From: an uncultured Nitrososphaeraceae archaeon
Lineage (GTDB): Archaea > Thermoproteota > Nitrososphaeria > Nitrososphaerales > Nitrososphaeraceae
DNA: 64,000 bases
Direction: 5' to 3'
Assembly (NCBI GenBank): GCA_963825865.1
Contig: CAWGVG010000015.1
Coordinates: 96,001-160,000 of the forward strand
Shown: piece after piece, positions 12,618-24,273 of the stretch
Layout: each line of letters opens with the position of its first letter
Position numbering within the stretch: the stretch's first letter is position 1
The notes under the pieces: generated by a model
Told to the model about the DNA's origin: nothing
Seen by the model: the letters and a program-made list of their open reading frames with translations, nothing else
Database searches by the model: none
Made by a program: the position numbers and the translations under genes

Positions 12618-13031
12618 TCATTCCTCTTCTCCAATACTTACATACAATTTAATTCCCAAGAATCTTTCCAACTTTTTAGCAAGTATTTCATCAGGTTTCA
12701 AGGCTCCTGTTTCAAATTTTCTCAATAGTGTTGACTTTTCATTCATCCGCGTTCCCAGTTGCTCATGCGTCAGACCTTTTTTCATTCGTGCTTCCCTAAT
12801 AATTTTTGCAAAGTCAGGGCTAAGTATTGTATCATCTATCATTTGAATTTTGGTATTAGTTTTTTTTGAGGTAGGCAAAAGGGTAGTTTTTCTTTTAGGA
12901 GTTCCAGCTGAGACGTATGGTTTTCCACGTTTCGAACACGATATACAGACGTTAAATATTGTGCCATCAATCAAGACTGTTTTTTTTCCCTCAATTACCT
13001 GACGTCCACACAGCTCACAAAATAGCGACAT
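12618..13031 (-). CDS. mbf1: Archaeal multiprotein bridging factor aMBF1
   Basis: N-terminal CELCG...CISC Zn ribbon plus Cro-like HTH; adjacent to hflX. Confidence 0.9.
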   Translation of the reverse strand: MSLFCELCGRQVIEGKKTVLIDGTIFNVCISCSKRGKPYVSAGTPKRKTTLLPTSKKTNTKIQMIDDTILSPDFAKIIREARMKKGLTHEQLGTRMNEKSTLLRKFETGALKPDEILAKKLERFLGIKLYVSIGEEE

Positions 13032-13500
13032 TCAAAGTCTTTTTGCTTAATCTAGATTTAGTCTTTTCCCAATGTTCTCTGAAGAACTTATCGCTATAAC
13101 TTAATATTACTATCTCTAATTGCCTTGATTCATGTGCACTTAGCTTGATATATATATATATTTATATTTATATATATCATGAATCACCGATATTATGGGC
13201 TTTTTTATTGCTATATCGGTAGATTATAGCAATAGGAGTTTTTATCCAAAGATTGCTTCTTGAGTGCAAAAAGTATAAGTATATGCTTTATGGCTTCTCC
13301 GGTCAACTCCTTTTCCTCTTTTGCCTTAGAAAAGAATTTGCCCTACTTCATAACGACTGTATGCTCACTCTATTTTAGCAGCTGTGCCAAAAAAAACCTT
13401 ATTTATACTGGGATTGTCGATGGTTCCTCATTTAATTAAAGCTTTTTAATTTATCATAAACAGCATATAAATCCAGATAAATTTATGTGAGTATTTTCAG

Positions 13501-13992
13501 TTGTTATCCGTAGTGAAACCATTACCTTTGAACCCAAAAGAGAAAATATGCTATCATATTGACGCTGTTTTTGGAATGGGCGTCTCAGATGGTCTTTCAG
13601 AAAATCTCCAATTTCAGTATTCAAGACGAACTGGACGGATCAAAAATTTCAGTATTGGAAATCAGTTATTCGCGACACTGCGAACTGACGGTGGACTTGC
13701 TTTAACAATATTTGGTGCAAAAGAATTATTCAAGAATAGACGTTTTAAAGAGAATTGTATCATTCCATCTGATGAAGCTGTGCCATTTATTAGTGTTGGT
13801 AAATCCGTATTTTGTAAGTATGTAGAATGGTGTGGCTCAAATGTAAAAGTTGGATCCGACGTCGCAATCATTGACAAAAATGACATGATTATAGCAATAG
13901 GCAGGGCCCTATTTGGATCTGATCTCATGAGAAAGTGTCATAATGGCGTTGCTGTGAAGATTAGAGAAGGAATAAAAAGTAGGATAAAATAG
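13501..13992 (+). CDS. PUA-domain RNA-binding protein (TGT C-terminal-like)
   Basis: YSRRTGRIK, ATLRTDGGLALT, GKSVFCKYV, GVAVKIREG. Confidence 0.85.
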   Translation: MLSVVKPLPLNPKEKICYHIDAVFGMGVSDGLSENLQFQYSRRTGRIKNFSIGNQLFATLRTDGGLALTIFGAKELFKNRRFKENCIIPSDEAVPFISVGKSVFCKYVEWCGSNVKVGSDVAIIDKNDMIIAIGRALFGSDLMRKCHNGVAVKIREGIKSRIK

Positions 13993-14004
13993 ATAATAAT
14001 TGGT

Positions 14005-14343
14005 ATGATGCGTGGGGGCAATCGGGATATGAGGCGCATGTTGGATAAGATGGGACTTGATATGAAAGACCTTGGCACTATTGAAGAAGTAGTTATCAGA
14101 ACTGAGACCAAGGAGCTTTATATCACAAAGCCTCAAGTAATAGAAATGAAAGGGAAAGATAGTACCATTTTTCAAGTTGTCGCAACGGATATCGAAGAGA
14201 AGCAAAGAGATATTCCTATGTTTAAGGAAGAAGATATTATCCTTGTCATGCAACAGGCAAATGTTTCAAAAGAAAAGGCAATTCACGCATTAACGGATAC
14301 AAAAGGAGATATGGCTCAGGCAATTTTGAGTCTTACACCATAG
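14005..14343 (+). CDS. nac: Nascent polypeptide-associated complex protein
   Basis: MRRMLDKMGLDM NAC domain plus C-terminal UBA-like EEDIILVMQQANVS...GDMAQAIL. Confidence 0.93.
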   Translation: MMRGGNRDMRRMLDKMGLDMKDLGTIEEVVIRTETKELYITKPQVIEMKGKDSTIFQVVATDIEEKQRDIPMFKEEDIILVMQQANVSKEKAIHALTDTKGDMAQAILSLTP

Positions 14344-14969
14344 AAATGCATTGACATTCATAAAATCAATTATTTATAGTTAACAATTTTTGTGCTTAGA
14401 GCCCTCATTGCAAACCAAGTTTCTTTCCTACAAATTTGTATTTGACGTCTTGAAATCCACGATATCCTTATCTATCCAAAATGAACAGTTGTCATCTGTC
14501 ATAAAGCGGAGGTTGTTGTTGTAATAAATAGATGTAAAGTTTTGGATTATTCCAAGCATGGATAAAGCGAGAGAAGATCTATTAATGTTCAAGAGGCGAA
14601 CTATGGACGAGGCTTAAAGTTTGGTCCTATATTTTAAAGAATAAGATTTTATTACAGATCCAAATTGGCATTATATAATCCTATGAATAATGGCAAATCT
14701 AATTTCCCTCTATCTAAGGATGAATGGCAAGTAGGTACTAGACTCTCTTAGTAACACAGTTTTCAATGAGGAGCTTACAGATGAAGCAAGGAAAAATGCT
14801 AAAGAATTATTTTTAAAGTTACAAAAAGAGCTTCTGAGAATATAAATCATAACCAATTATAGGTAAGTGTCGACTTTATACAGTCACGGTAGATAATTAT
14901 TTTACCTTCTATGATTCTAAACGAGTGGAGGATGTTTCTGGTAGTTGATTTAGTCAACGAGGCTTGTTG

Positions 14970-15416
14970 TCAGGAAAGATCTATTGCAAAGCGTAATGAC
15001 CTATACCTGTTATAATCATCTAACAAGATCTTTGCAAGCTGTCTCATAATATCTGTAGCACTCAGCAATCCTACAATTCTATTATCTGCTTCTAGAACTG
15101 CAAGTTGTTTGATCTTATTTTTCGTCATTATCCTTGAGGCAGTGTCTATTGAATCAAATGACATTATTGTTATTAGAGGAGAAGACATGATTTCTTCTAC
15201 TTTGATTCTACTTGCGGCAATGTTCTTTAGACATACACGCTTGATCATGTCACTTTTGGTAATAATGCCAACATGGTGTCCTTTTTTATCTATTACAATT
15301 ACCGAGCATACTTTCTTCTTCATCATAAGGTTGGCAACATCCTGAGCATTCTTACCTGAATCTGCAGATATTGTACTAGTTTCCTTCTCTGAGAGTACCT
15401 CGCTGACGGAGCTCAT
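14970..15416 (-). CDS. CBS-pair domain protein
   Basis: VGIITKSDM, VEEIMSSPLITI, IVGLLSATDI. Confidence 0.88.
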   Translation of the reverse strand: MSSVSEVLSEKETSTISADSGKNAQDVANLMMKKKVCSVIVIDKKGHHVGIITKSDMIKRVCLKNIAASRIKVEEIMSSPLITIMSFDSIDTASRIMTKNKIKQLAVLEADNRIVGLLSATDIMRQLAKILLDDYNRYRSLRFAIDLS

Positions 15417-15949
15417 GTTTAGTTTACTGGTATGTTCTTTTTTTAGGTTATGCAGAATAACTTCATCTAGGAATCATAAACAGTAGTAGTAAGCTACATT
15501 CTAAAGTTCATATACAGAATATTATTGTATTAAACGCCTACTGATATAGATTTTTATGTCTTTTTTCACTATAGATTCATCTTATTTTCTTGAGCATTTG
15601 AAAGCGTAACCCTGAATCTTTTAGCGCTATTCTCTAAATCGAGAAATCGAATTTCTAATCTCAACTGTTGTCGCACACGAAGATGCGCATCTTGTTGGTT
15701 TAGAAGGCTAGTAAGATCACATCGATCATTTCTTCAACTGTCATTGATCCAGGTCGCCATTTACTGAGGATTAGTGAATGGACTTTATACGTCATCTATC
15801 CATAGTCATATTATATTCTATTATTGCTGGTTGATAACACACAGCATGAAGATCCATATATCCATTTTTGAATTATTTCGAACTTAAATATTAGTTCTTT
15901 CAGGTATGCAATAACTTAAATCACATTGTGAGGAATAGATATATTAATA

Positions 15950-16057
15950 ATGACAAACGAAGCAGAGAGAGAAGAGTTTAAAGACGAAACTCATGATCTA
16001 GAAGATGAAGAACAAGACGAATTGGAAGAAAGTGAGGATCGTGACGATGAAGAATAA
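15950..16057 (+). CDS. Small, highly acidic 35-aa peptide (hypothetical)
   Basis: MTNEAEREEFKDETHDLEDEEQDELEESEDRDDEE*; GA-rich ORF within AT-rich intergenic DNA, below the ORF-track cutoff. Confidence 0.5.
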   Translation: MTNEAEREEFKDETHDLEDEEQDELEESEDRDDEE

Positions 16058-16823
16058 TGGAATTATAACAAAACCCTTTGCTAACCAAGTATATGTAAAC
16101 TAAAAATTTTAAAATATTTTAGTTTTTAGTCTACCAGGCTATACGGGGACACGAAAGAACAGTTCAAGAGGACATAGATTCTGAAGCAATTTTATGAAAG
16201 TTTTTTATTTTCCACACACTACTGCAAAGTGGTGTGAAAAGAAAGAGACTAAACCTTTTTGCTCAGTTTAGTTTTAATAATATGCAGTTGGATGACCTTT
16301 TCGCCTAAAACCCTTTCAAATTATACATTATATCATATCAAAAGATCACAATAATATATATTCGGGGATGACTTTATGCAATCGCTCAATAAACAGAAAG
16401 GTTTAACAAGCCAATAATTACATTATTTGACCTGCAAGATAGAAAAGTCTGATAAAAGTACTACACAGCTAACGATGAATATGGAAATAGAATAACACAT
16501 AAAGATTTCCAAACTATTTGCACGGTGATGCATGTATGTAGTTATATCAAAGTTTTTAACAAATTGACATCTATACCTACAATCAATTTTTCTCTGACAT
16601 TACAAAAGCAACAGAAGTAAATAGGGCCTGTTTTTATCTACAACTACAACATTTGACGTGGGACGGTTGTTGCCTAATTTGATATCGCATATGGTGTCAC
16701 CTTTATTCCCAGTTTGTTTGCACATTGTAGTCTGTTAAGGACTTCTAGGTTCCAGCCTATTGATTTAATTAATCCAAATCTTTTCTGATTGTTATATAAT
16801 CTACATTGCAAATTCACGTTGGT

Positions 16824-17369
16824 CTAACCATAGCCTACGTATCTATTCCTTAAATTATCACGCAATTTTAGAGATAGTTTTTCAGCAACTTGTTTTTGAT
16901 ATTCATTAGAATTTACAGTATTCCTCTCAGTAAATACAAACGGTCCATAGGCATAATTCCTACCGTTTACTGGCGTTACAGTTTCAAGCGAACCAAGCAC
17001 TGAATATAGATAATTATTAACGTCTGATTCCCTAACAGCATTCATTTGGTGTTCTTCAGTTAGCTTCTTGAGAATATCCATTATTATAAGTGGTTCGAGT
17101 TTTCTATATCCAAATGGGAGAGAAGTATTGCTGATCTTCCTTTCTATTTTTGTAGAATCTAAGTCAACCTTTGTTCCGACTACTAATGGTAATGGTTTGT
17201 AGATTGAGTCTATTTTGAGTTGCCATACTTCATCAGTGGTTGAAACTGTGGCATCAAAGAATCCATGCTTCAAAGAAGTTGTCGAGATGACAAAGTTCCA
17301 GTTTTTTGGATTTGAGCAATATTTTTCAAAAAGATATTTTGCGATTGCTTTATTTTCTAGAATCTCCAT
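16824..17369 (-). CDS. Hypothetical protein
   Basis: 181-aa intact ORF, no recognised motif. Confidence 0.7.
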   Translation of the reverse strand: MEILENKAIAKYLFEKYCSNPKNWNFVISTTSLKHGFFDATVSTTDEVWQLKIDSIYKPLPLVVGTKVDLDSTKIERKISNTSLPFGYRKLEPLIIMDILKKLTEEHQMNAVRESDVNNYLYSVLGSLETVTPVNGRNYAYGPFVFTERNTVNSNEYQKQVAEKLSLKLRDNLRNRYVGYG

Positions 17370-18468
17370 GTGGAACGAAAAGTATTAGGAATTGGCTAAT
17401 ATGAGAGTTGCGTAAACAAAACTGCGAATAGATTGAGTAATAAAGACTATTTTTGAAATACAACGTTAAATGGCTTCGGCTTGACTATGATTCTCCACTA
17501 TTATAGATTAGTGAAACGAGAAGTTTGAGCTTTCTTACCAAAGTCAGGTTTTCTTCCCAGCAGCGGTTCGATACTCATTAGTTTCATATAGACACCATAC
17601 ATACATACATTCATACATTCCCAGTATAAATTTTCTAAACCCAATTGTAAACTTCGGTTGAATGATAGGTACTATACTTCAAACAAATGAGCATATTTGA
17701 TGTAAATAGAAATATAAGCAATTTCTTAGCTCGGGCTAGTTCTGTCAATGACGTGACTAGAGAACAAATCGTATTTTTCTAACATTGAATGTCCCGTATC
17801 ACTCTTATGATTGTCAACATCTGAATAAAAAATAAAATCAGATTTACATTCATAACAGATCCACATCATTTTCAAATCATCTGGGTGCATAGGGAATTTA
17901 TTTATTGTGTGTATGCAATTTAAGAGGTAAGTAATTATGTAATATTTCTTTTGATAGGTATAACAAAAAAGTCTATGTATTTAGATAATTTGTCAACTTT
18001 CTTTAAGGTGATGGTTATGGTTGGTATTACAGGCTAAACATGCGCTGTCTTAACCATTTCTTTTAACGCATAGAGTGATTATTTGGCCTATATATAACAG
18101 CACTACATAGTTTCTAGCACATGGACTATGCTTTAAGTATTTCATCGTTTAGTCTCTTTTAAGGCAATGAAATTGGCTGTTTTTTAATGGATATACAAAA
18201 AATAATTAAATTTGAGTATGCGTAAGGCTTTACCCTTAAGAATTTTGTCGTAATTCCTCCATTATGCAATGGTTAGTCAAGTTAGAGGACGATTTGTAGA
18301 ATTACAATATCCTATCAAGTCTAGGTCTAATAAATAACTAGTGCTTATAAAAATGGGAAATTCATTTTTTATGTCTGAGTTAGATAAACCAGTTCAGTCA
18401 GGAACGGTTCTGAACATAATTATAAAATATATTAATAATTTCCTTAATAAACAGGTAGGGAATTTAAG

Positions 18469-19245
18469 TTGAAGGCAATATTGTTAGCAGGAGGGCGTGG
18501 TACCAGGGCGAAACCCTTTACAGAGTATTTTCCCAAGGCTATGTTTCCATTAAACGGAAGGCCTATGATAGATTACATTGTAAGATACCTAGCGCAGTTT
18601 TCCCAAATTAATGAAATAATCATAGTATGTGATTTCGATAATTTTGGCAAACAGATAATTAATTATTTTGAAGGAAAAGGATCTATAGTGGGGAAATCTA
18701 TAACCTTTGTTGAAGATAAAAATAGCGGAACTGGGGGTTCGTTATTACGGGTTGAAAAATACGTTGGACAAGACGAATGCTTCTTGGTATGGTTTGCAGA
18801 CAACCTCTGCGCCCTGCACATAGAACATATGATACACCAGTATCATCAGGCAAATGCGGAAAGCGGAGGAATTACCGGAATGATTGTAGTTCGAAAGCGA
18901 AGACGTGAGGAAACAGCTCGGGTTATATTAGATGAGTCTCAAATCAAAGAGTTTTCGGAAAAACACGTGGTAAATCTCGAAAAACCAGAAGCACTTGGTA
19001 TCTATTTATTTAGTAAAAGAATTTTTGAATATCTACAAAAGAGATTAAATGAAGGATCCGATAGCTTTGATTTATCTTATCATATATTAAATCAAATCAC
19101 AAGTATAGACAAATTGTTTTCATATGACATTGGTGAAAACGTAGAGTGGATAGACGCAGAGTCGCCTGCTTATACTGATAGAAATAAAGATATAATAGAA
19201 AGAATTTTGTTACAAATGCGCTCTGTTATTGGCGATGTGAATTAA
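18469..19245 (+). CDS. Sugar-phosphate nucleotidyltransferase (NTP_transferase family)
   Basis: MKAILLAGGRGTRAKP...PKAMFPLNGRPMI, GTGGSL. Confidence 0.9.
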   Translation: MKAILLAGGRGTRAKPFTEYFPKAMFPLNGRPMIDYIVRYLAQFSQINEIIIVCDFDNFGKQIINYFEGKGSIVGKSITFVEDKNSGTGGSLLRVEKYVGQDECFLVWFADNLCALHIEHMIHQYHQANAESGGITGMIVVRKRRREETARVILDESQIKEFSEKHVVNLEKPEALGIYLFSKRIFEYLQKRLNEGSDSFDLSYHILNQITSIDKLFSYDIGENVEWIDAESPAYTDRNKDIIERILLQMRSVIGDVN

Positions 19246-19346
19246 GCATCTTATGCTGAAAGATGACTATCGAAATATATAGAATATAATAGGTGCCTGT
19301 CTGACGAATATCATATTAACATCATGATCTGCAGAAGAAAAACTTA

Positions 19347-19715
19347 TTAATTCAGATTGTCAAGACATTGTAAAAGCAGGCTACGATTGCTTTTCAAAAT
19401 TCGTCGGATAAATTTATCCAACGTAAAGATGTGTTGTTTTTGAAAATTAGTCGGAAGAAAACCACCATGAGAAAAGACCTGAACAACAACATGTTTCTCG
19501 CTCATTGTAGCGACTTCTTCTTCCAAGGCATCCTCACTTTCCTCAATAATATTCCTGTACAATATAAAGGGTCTATCTTTTCGACTGCTAATGATGGATG
19601 CTTTTCTAAGTTTATCTCTGAATTTTTCTATTAACCACTCTTCGACAATTTTTTCCTGGTTTTCATTCTCTGATTCCTCTTGTTTTTGGATACCTGCATG
19701 CTGCTTATTAGCCAA
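19347..19715 (-). CDS. Hypothetical protein
   Basis: 122-aa ORF. Confidence 0.6.
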   Translation of the reverse strand: MANKQHAGIQKQEESENENQEKIVEEWLIEKFRDKLRKASIISSRKDRPFILYRNIIEESEDALEEEVATMSEKHVVVQVFSHGGFLPTNFQKQHIFTLDKFIRRILKSNRSLLLQCLDNLN

Positions 19716-20419
19716 GCCTAATAATTATCTAGATAGTTTGTAAATAAATACCTATGAGAATAAGTATTGACACAACAATTGCTTTGTACTACATAGCCAA
19801 GCAAAGTCTGACTTTTCTAGTTTAGTAAGTAAAGGCACATATATAACCCTATCGTTGTGAAAAATTTCTTAACTTTTCGTTGAATAATATTAAGCACATA
19901 CGCAGAGATGAAGGTGAGTGTAACTTAAGCTTCAAATTCTATTAACATACATGCATGGATTAGTCGTGGCATAAATGATAACGACCAAATACAGTACTGT
20001 ATATGGGTAGCTAATAGCATCTACGTGGGTATGCTTTATCTACTAAGGAGTATAACAAGTTTAGATCATCGTCTGCCTGGGACAATTCTTTTTCTTCTTT
20101 AATAAGAATATTATTTTATGTATCGAAGATACCAACGTAGAATAATTAAGTATAGAGTGTCGAAACCAACTTTCCGCATAATCACGAAATCGATAATAAA
20201 AGAAGATGTGACAGATACCACATGCTTTGTTATGAAACATTCCAATTAGGTAGCAGAGAAAGAGCTCTGTACATCTTGACATAGATGTACTATAAAAATT
20301 TGTGATACAGCATATTGGACATAATGTCCACCGCTATTACTGATATACTATTAACTGCCAACAAATGGATCTCCAATTTGTTCAAGGAAGGACTAACAGG
20401 TAATCCAAGGTTCAACCAT

Positions 20420-20792
20420 TTAAATGCTATATATATATTCGATAGGTGAAATGACTATTATTCCCGCATTTGTTTTACCTGTCGTTGCTGATTCTCTTAT
20501 GGCGGCTACTGCGTCTTCAACCTTATTCTCATCTACTATAGTCACTACAGTACAGTCTAGTCGAATACGGCATTTTTATAGTTCCTGTACCCCTACCTGA
20601 TCTCACTATTTCTTTCTCACCTTTACCCATACCTTTAGATTCATAGAACGTTACCTGTAAGTTTAAAGCTTCTAAAGCGGATAATACTGAATCCGCTTTT
20701 TCAGCTACTATATATGCCTCAACCCTCTTCTTTCCTATATATTTTTTGTCGGTTTTCTTTTCTTCTTTTTCGATAAGAGTACTACTACTCAT
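20420..20792 (-). CDS. P-II family nitrogen regulator (frameshift near 20555)
   Basis: KRVEAYIV...SKGMGKG...RSGRG; second frame TVVTIVDENKVEDAVAAIRESATTGKTNAGIIVISPIEYIYSI*. Confidence 0.85.
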
Positions 20793-21196
20793 TTAATATC
20801 ACGTTATTTATATAAATAAACATAAAACACACGATTATATGTGTATCTAGAGGAACTGAGACTGGCCTTAGTTATAGTCAGGGTGATTAATATTCCTATT
20901 AGCTTTCGGCAAAATTGTCTATAAAGTTGCTCTGCTTAAGCAGCCTCGATTTACTATAAAGTCATGAGCAGGAATTTGGACTTGTGGCCGCTTTGTTATG
21001 GCTGTCAAACGAATGCAGGTGGTTAATATCGATCACGCAAAGGAATATGTGTAGAGAGAGAATAAACCTCAAGAGAGAGGCTCATGCTCAAGACTCATCA
21101 TGATATTGGAATCGGCTAGGGTCCACTGAAACTACAAAATACATATAATGCCAACTACATGACAAGAAATGGATAATCAAATAGGGAACGGAGCTA

Positions 21197-21706
21197 TTAC
21201 CTAACATCCAAAGTAATTTGTTCGCCATCTTTCAAGATAAGATTTCTAAAGTCAGATATTGGTTCACTGCCATTAACAGTTGCTTTCACTGTTTTACCGC
21301 TGAGGTTTAATCCTCCCCAAATATTCAGAAACTCGCCTAATGTGTAAGTTCTGTTTGCATTAGATTCTACATGAATGGTACCGCTGTCATCATGCGTATG
21401 TAGTGGTGCCAATCCTTGCAGGCCATATCGACCTAATGAATGGTCTATATATAATGGTGCGTCTATACCTATGTTTTTTGGAACAATAAGTCTGGCACCA
21501 TCAGCCGTAACATTAAGGTGTTGGTGAAGGTGCAATACCATTTTACTTCCTAATGTACTACTTTGAGCTCCTAGAATAAAAAGTGCTCCTAATGCTATAG
21601 CTATCGCTGCTATGATGGGAATGTAAATCTTCATGTATTTATTTCTTTTACGGCGGGCAACTGCAAAGTAACTGTCATCTCTCTTTTCAGTTCTCTTATC
21701 TTTCAT
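21197..21706 (-). CDS. Membrane-anchored His-rich hypothetical protein
   Basis: TM helix followed by LHLHQHL and PLHTHDDSGTIHVES motifs. Confidence 0.75.
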   Translation of the reverse strand: MKDKRTEKRDDSYFAVARRKRNKYMKIYIPIIAAIAIALGALFILGAQSSTLGSKMVLHLHQHLNVTADGARLIVPKNIGIDAPLYIDHSLGRYGLQGLAPLHTHDDSGTIHVESNANRTYTLGEFLNIWGGLNLSGKTVKATVNGSEPISDFRNLILKDGEQITLDVR

Positions 21707-22064
21707 AGCTCATCGCTCAGATGATTAAAGAGAGCTATATTAATTCGTAGTATCTTACATTCATAAAAATATTCTTTTTTAATTTATCTAATAGATTATT
21801 AACGAGGCTTCACAATTACCAAAGGTTTTGGTATTATGAAACTTGGAATATAAGCGGAAATAAGTGAGATATTGCATAAGTTATTCATTATATTTGGTAG
21901 ACGGTAGACGAAATTTTTGTTGAATAACGTTGCATACAATCTGCATAGTGGTTATTTATATTTCAGATTTCTTTAATCAATGTACTTTGGAGAAGCCCTC
22001 CTAGGCTTTCTGACAATCATTTTACACACCCCTCTTTTTATTCTGCTTAACTGGTTGCATTGCC

Positions 22065-22202
22065 ATGGAAGGATATTGCGTTAAATGCAAATCAAAAAGG
22101 TCAATGAATGATGAGAAAAAGGTCACAATGAAAAATGGAAAACCTGCGACTCAAGGAATTTGTTCTGTATGTGGAACAAAGATGTTCAAAATAGGCAAAT
22201 GA
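22065..22202 (+). CDS. Small Zn-ribbon protein (DUF5679-like)
   Basis: MEGYCVKCKSKRSMNDEKKVTMKNGKPATQGICSVCGTKMFKIGK* (45 aa, two CxxC motifs). Confidence 0.85.
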   Translation: MEGYCVKCKSKRSMNDEKKVTMKNGKPATQGICSVCGTKMFKIGK

Positions 22203-22301
22203 TCTTTCCGCTGATACCTTCTCTTTTTTAAGTGTTGTTGTCTTATCCGGTATTTTGCTTAACGTCAAGGCATAATACCTTTAGTTGCTTCGTTAGATCA
22301 G

Positions 22302-23270
22302 TTGATAACGATCCAGAATCTTGTCAAACGATATGAGAACTTGACTGCCGTCGACGGAGTGCATCTTGATATACATGAAAATGAGATATTCGGTCTTCTA
22401 GGTTCAAATGGTGCAGGCAAGACTACCATCATCCATATGCTTGCAACTCTGCTTAAGCCTACATCTGGAACTGCTACTGTGAATGGTTATGACATCATAA
22501 AGGAGTCTGCCAAAGTAAGGGCCAGCATAGGTATTGTATTTCAAGCTCCAAGCAGTGATGATATGCTCACAGGATACGAAAATCTAAAGATTAATTCATT
22601 GCTGTATGGCATACCTCGACATCTTAGAGAAAACAGGATAGATTGGGTACTCGATCTTGTTGGACTCACCGAGAGAAAGGACGATCAGGTAAAGAAATAT
22701 TCTGGTGGAATGCGTAGACGATTGGAAATTGCAAGGGGCCTTATTCACAAGCCAAAAGTGATTTTCCTTGACGAGCCAACATTAGGCCTTGATCCAAGTA
22801 GCAGAGAGTCAATGTGGAGATATATACAAAGAGTGGCAAAAGAGGAAAAGATTACCATCATATTGACAACACATTATATGGAGGAGGCAGACAAACTCTG
22901 TGATAGAATTGGCATTATAGATAAGGGTAAAATAATTGCACTAGATACACCATCAAAACTAAAAGCAAGGATTGGAGGCGACATTATAAAGCTCAAAGCA
23001 AAACAAAATAATATTCTAAGTATCGAAATCCTAAAGCATTTTACCTTTGTACGTAAAATTGAGGATATGAATGATGAGAGGCTACTCATTTTATCAGTGG
23101 ACAATGCAAGTTACAATCTTCCGATAATTTTAAAACAGATTGATGTCGAATCAGTGGAGGTTACAAGCCGTACGTTAAATGACGTTTTCCTCCATTTTAC
23201 GGGTCGAAATATCAGAGAGCAACCAGAAGGCGGTTTTATGGAAAGATATGCCCTATATAATAAGCGGTAG
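22302..23270 (+). CDS. ABC transporter ATP-binding protein (DrrA-like)
   Basis: GSNGAGKT, YSGGMRRRL, FLDEPTLGLD, LTTHY. Confidence 0.95.
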   Translation: MITIQNLVKRYENLTAVDGVHLDIHENEIFGLLGSNGAGKTTIIHMLATLLKPTSGTATVNGYDIIKESAKVRASIGIVFQAPSSDDMLTGYENLKINSLLYGIPRHLRENRIDWVLDLVGLTERKDDQVKKYSGGMRRRLEIARGLIHKPKVIFLDEPTLGLDPSSRESMWRYIQRVAKEEKITIILTTHYMEEADKLCDRIGIIDKGKIIALDTPSKLKARIGGDIIKLKAKQNNILSIEILKHFTFVRKIEDMNDERLLILSVDNASYNLPIILKQIDVESVEVTSRTLNDVFLHFTGRNIREQPEGGFMERYALYNKR

Positions 23271-23304
23271 AAGTATTAACCACAGTATTCGCGTGGAAGG
23301 ACTA

Positions 23305-24048
23305 ATGAGCAAAGTGTATGCTATTTGGCTTCGCGAATTCAAAGTATTCTTAAGGGAGAGGAGCAGGCTGATAGCATCCACATTCACGCCGCTATTGTGG
23401 CTCTTCGTTATTGGCTCAGGCTTTGGTCAGACTACTACTCACACTAGTATTGATTATCAAAAGTTCATTTTTCCTGGTATAGTCACTATGTCAGTCATAT
23501 TTTCATCTGTATTTTATGGCTCATATATAATCTGGGACAAAAAATTTGATTTTCTAAAAAGTGTGATGGTTGCACCAGTTAACAGGGGCACCATTTTTGT
23601 TGGTAAAACGTTTGGAGGGATGACTAATTCACTCGTTCAGGCTTCTATACTCCTGGCAGTCGGGGCAGCCATAGGTGTTCAGTTTACTATATTGTCTATA
23701 ATTCAAAGCGTAGTGGTTGTTCTGCTTCTGTCTTTTGCACTAACCTCTCTTGGACTTGCTCTTGGTAGCTATGTGCAGAGTCTAGAAGGATTTCAGATGA
23801 TAGTCAGCTTTGTAGTCTTTCCTCTTTTCTTCCTTAGCAGTGCACTCTTTCCGCTAGATCATCTGCCAACATGGCTTTCAGTTTTAACAAATACAGATCC
23901 TGCCACATACGCTGTAGACGCACTCAGAAACACAATGCTCGGAATAGGAAACAAATCATTCGAAATAGATGTTGTAGTCCTAGTAGCATTTACAACAGTT
24001 CTCGGCGCATTCGGAGCTTATTCATTTGGAAGGATGAAGGCAGTATGA
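23305..24048 (+). CDS. ABC-2 type permease
   Basis: Six TM helices, FIFPGI, FPLFFLSSALFP, PATYAVDALR. Confidence 0.92.
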   Translation: MSKVYAIWLREFKVFLRERSRLIASTFTPLLWLFVIGSGFGQTTTHTSIDYQKFIFPGIVTMSVIFSSVFYGSYIIWDKKFDFLKSVMVAPVNRGTIFVGKTFGGMTNSLVQASILLAVGAAIGVQFTILSIIQSVVVVLLLSFALTSLGLALGSYVQSLEGFQMIVSFVVFPLFFLSSALFPLDHLPTWLSVLTNTDPATYAVDALRNTMLGIGNKSFEIDVVVLVAFTTVLGAFGAYSFGRMKAV

Positions 24049-24120
24049 ACGCTATGATCTCACTTTTTCTATGGCAATCACTGTACATTTAAAAGAGGTT
24101 ATTCCAATTTCACTTTAATT

Positions 24121-24214
24121 GGGGCTATCGTCTAGCTTGGTCTAGGATACCATCTCTTATAGAGGTACAGGCCTGGGGCGCTGGCGGTCGTGGGTTCAAA
24201 TCCCACTGGCCCCA
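24121..24214 (+). tRNA. tRNA-Pro(GGG) with 18-nt non-canonical intron (24153-24170)
   Basis: Acceptor stem GGGGCTA/TGGCCCC-A, T arm GTGGG-TTCAAAT-CCCAC; removing 24153-24170 restores anticodon stem CCAGC/GCTGG around CT-GGG-GC. Confidence 0.92.
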
Positions 24215-24273
24215 ATGTGATATTAGTTCTCTAATTGGATTCACTCGAACAGAAAAAAAGTGAAATTAAATAG

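Noticed and set aside
13148-13178. (AT)n-rich tract between mbf1 and the PUA gene
   Set aside because: Low-complexity intergenic sequence in an AT-rich genome; no function can be supported
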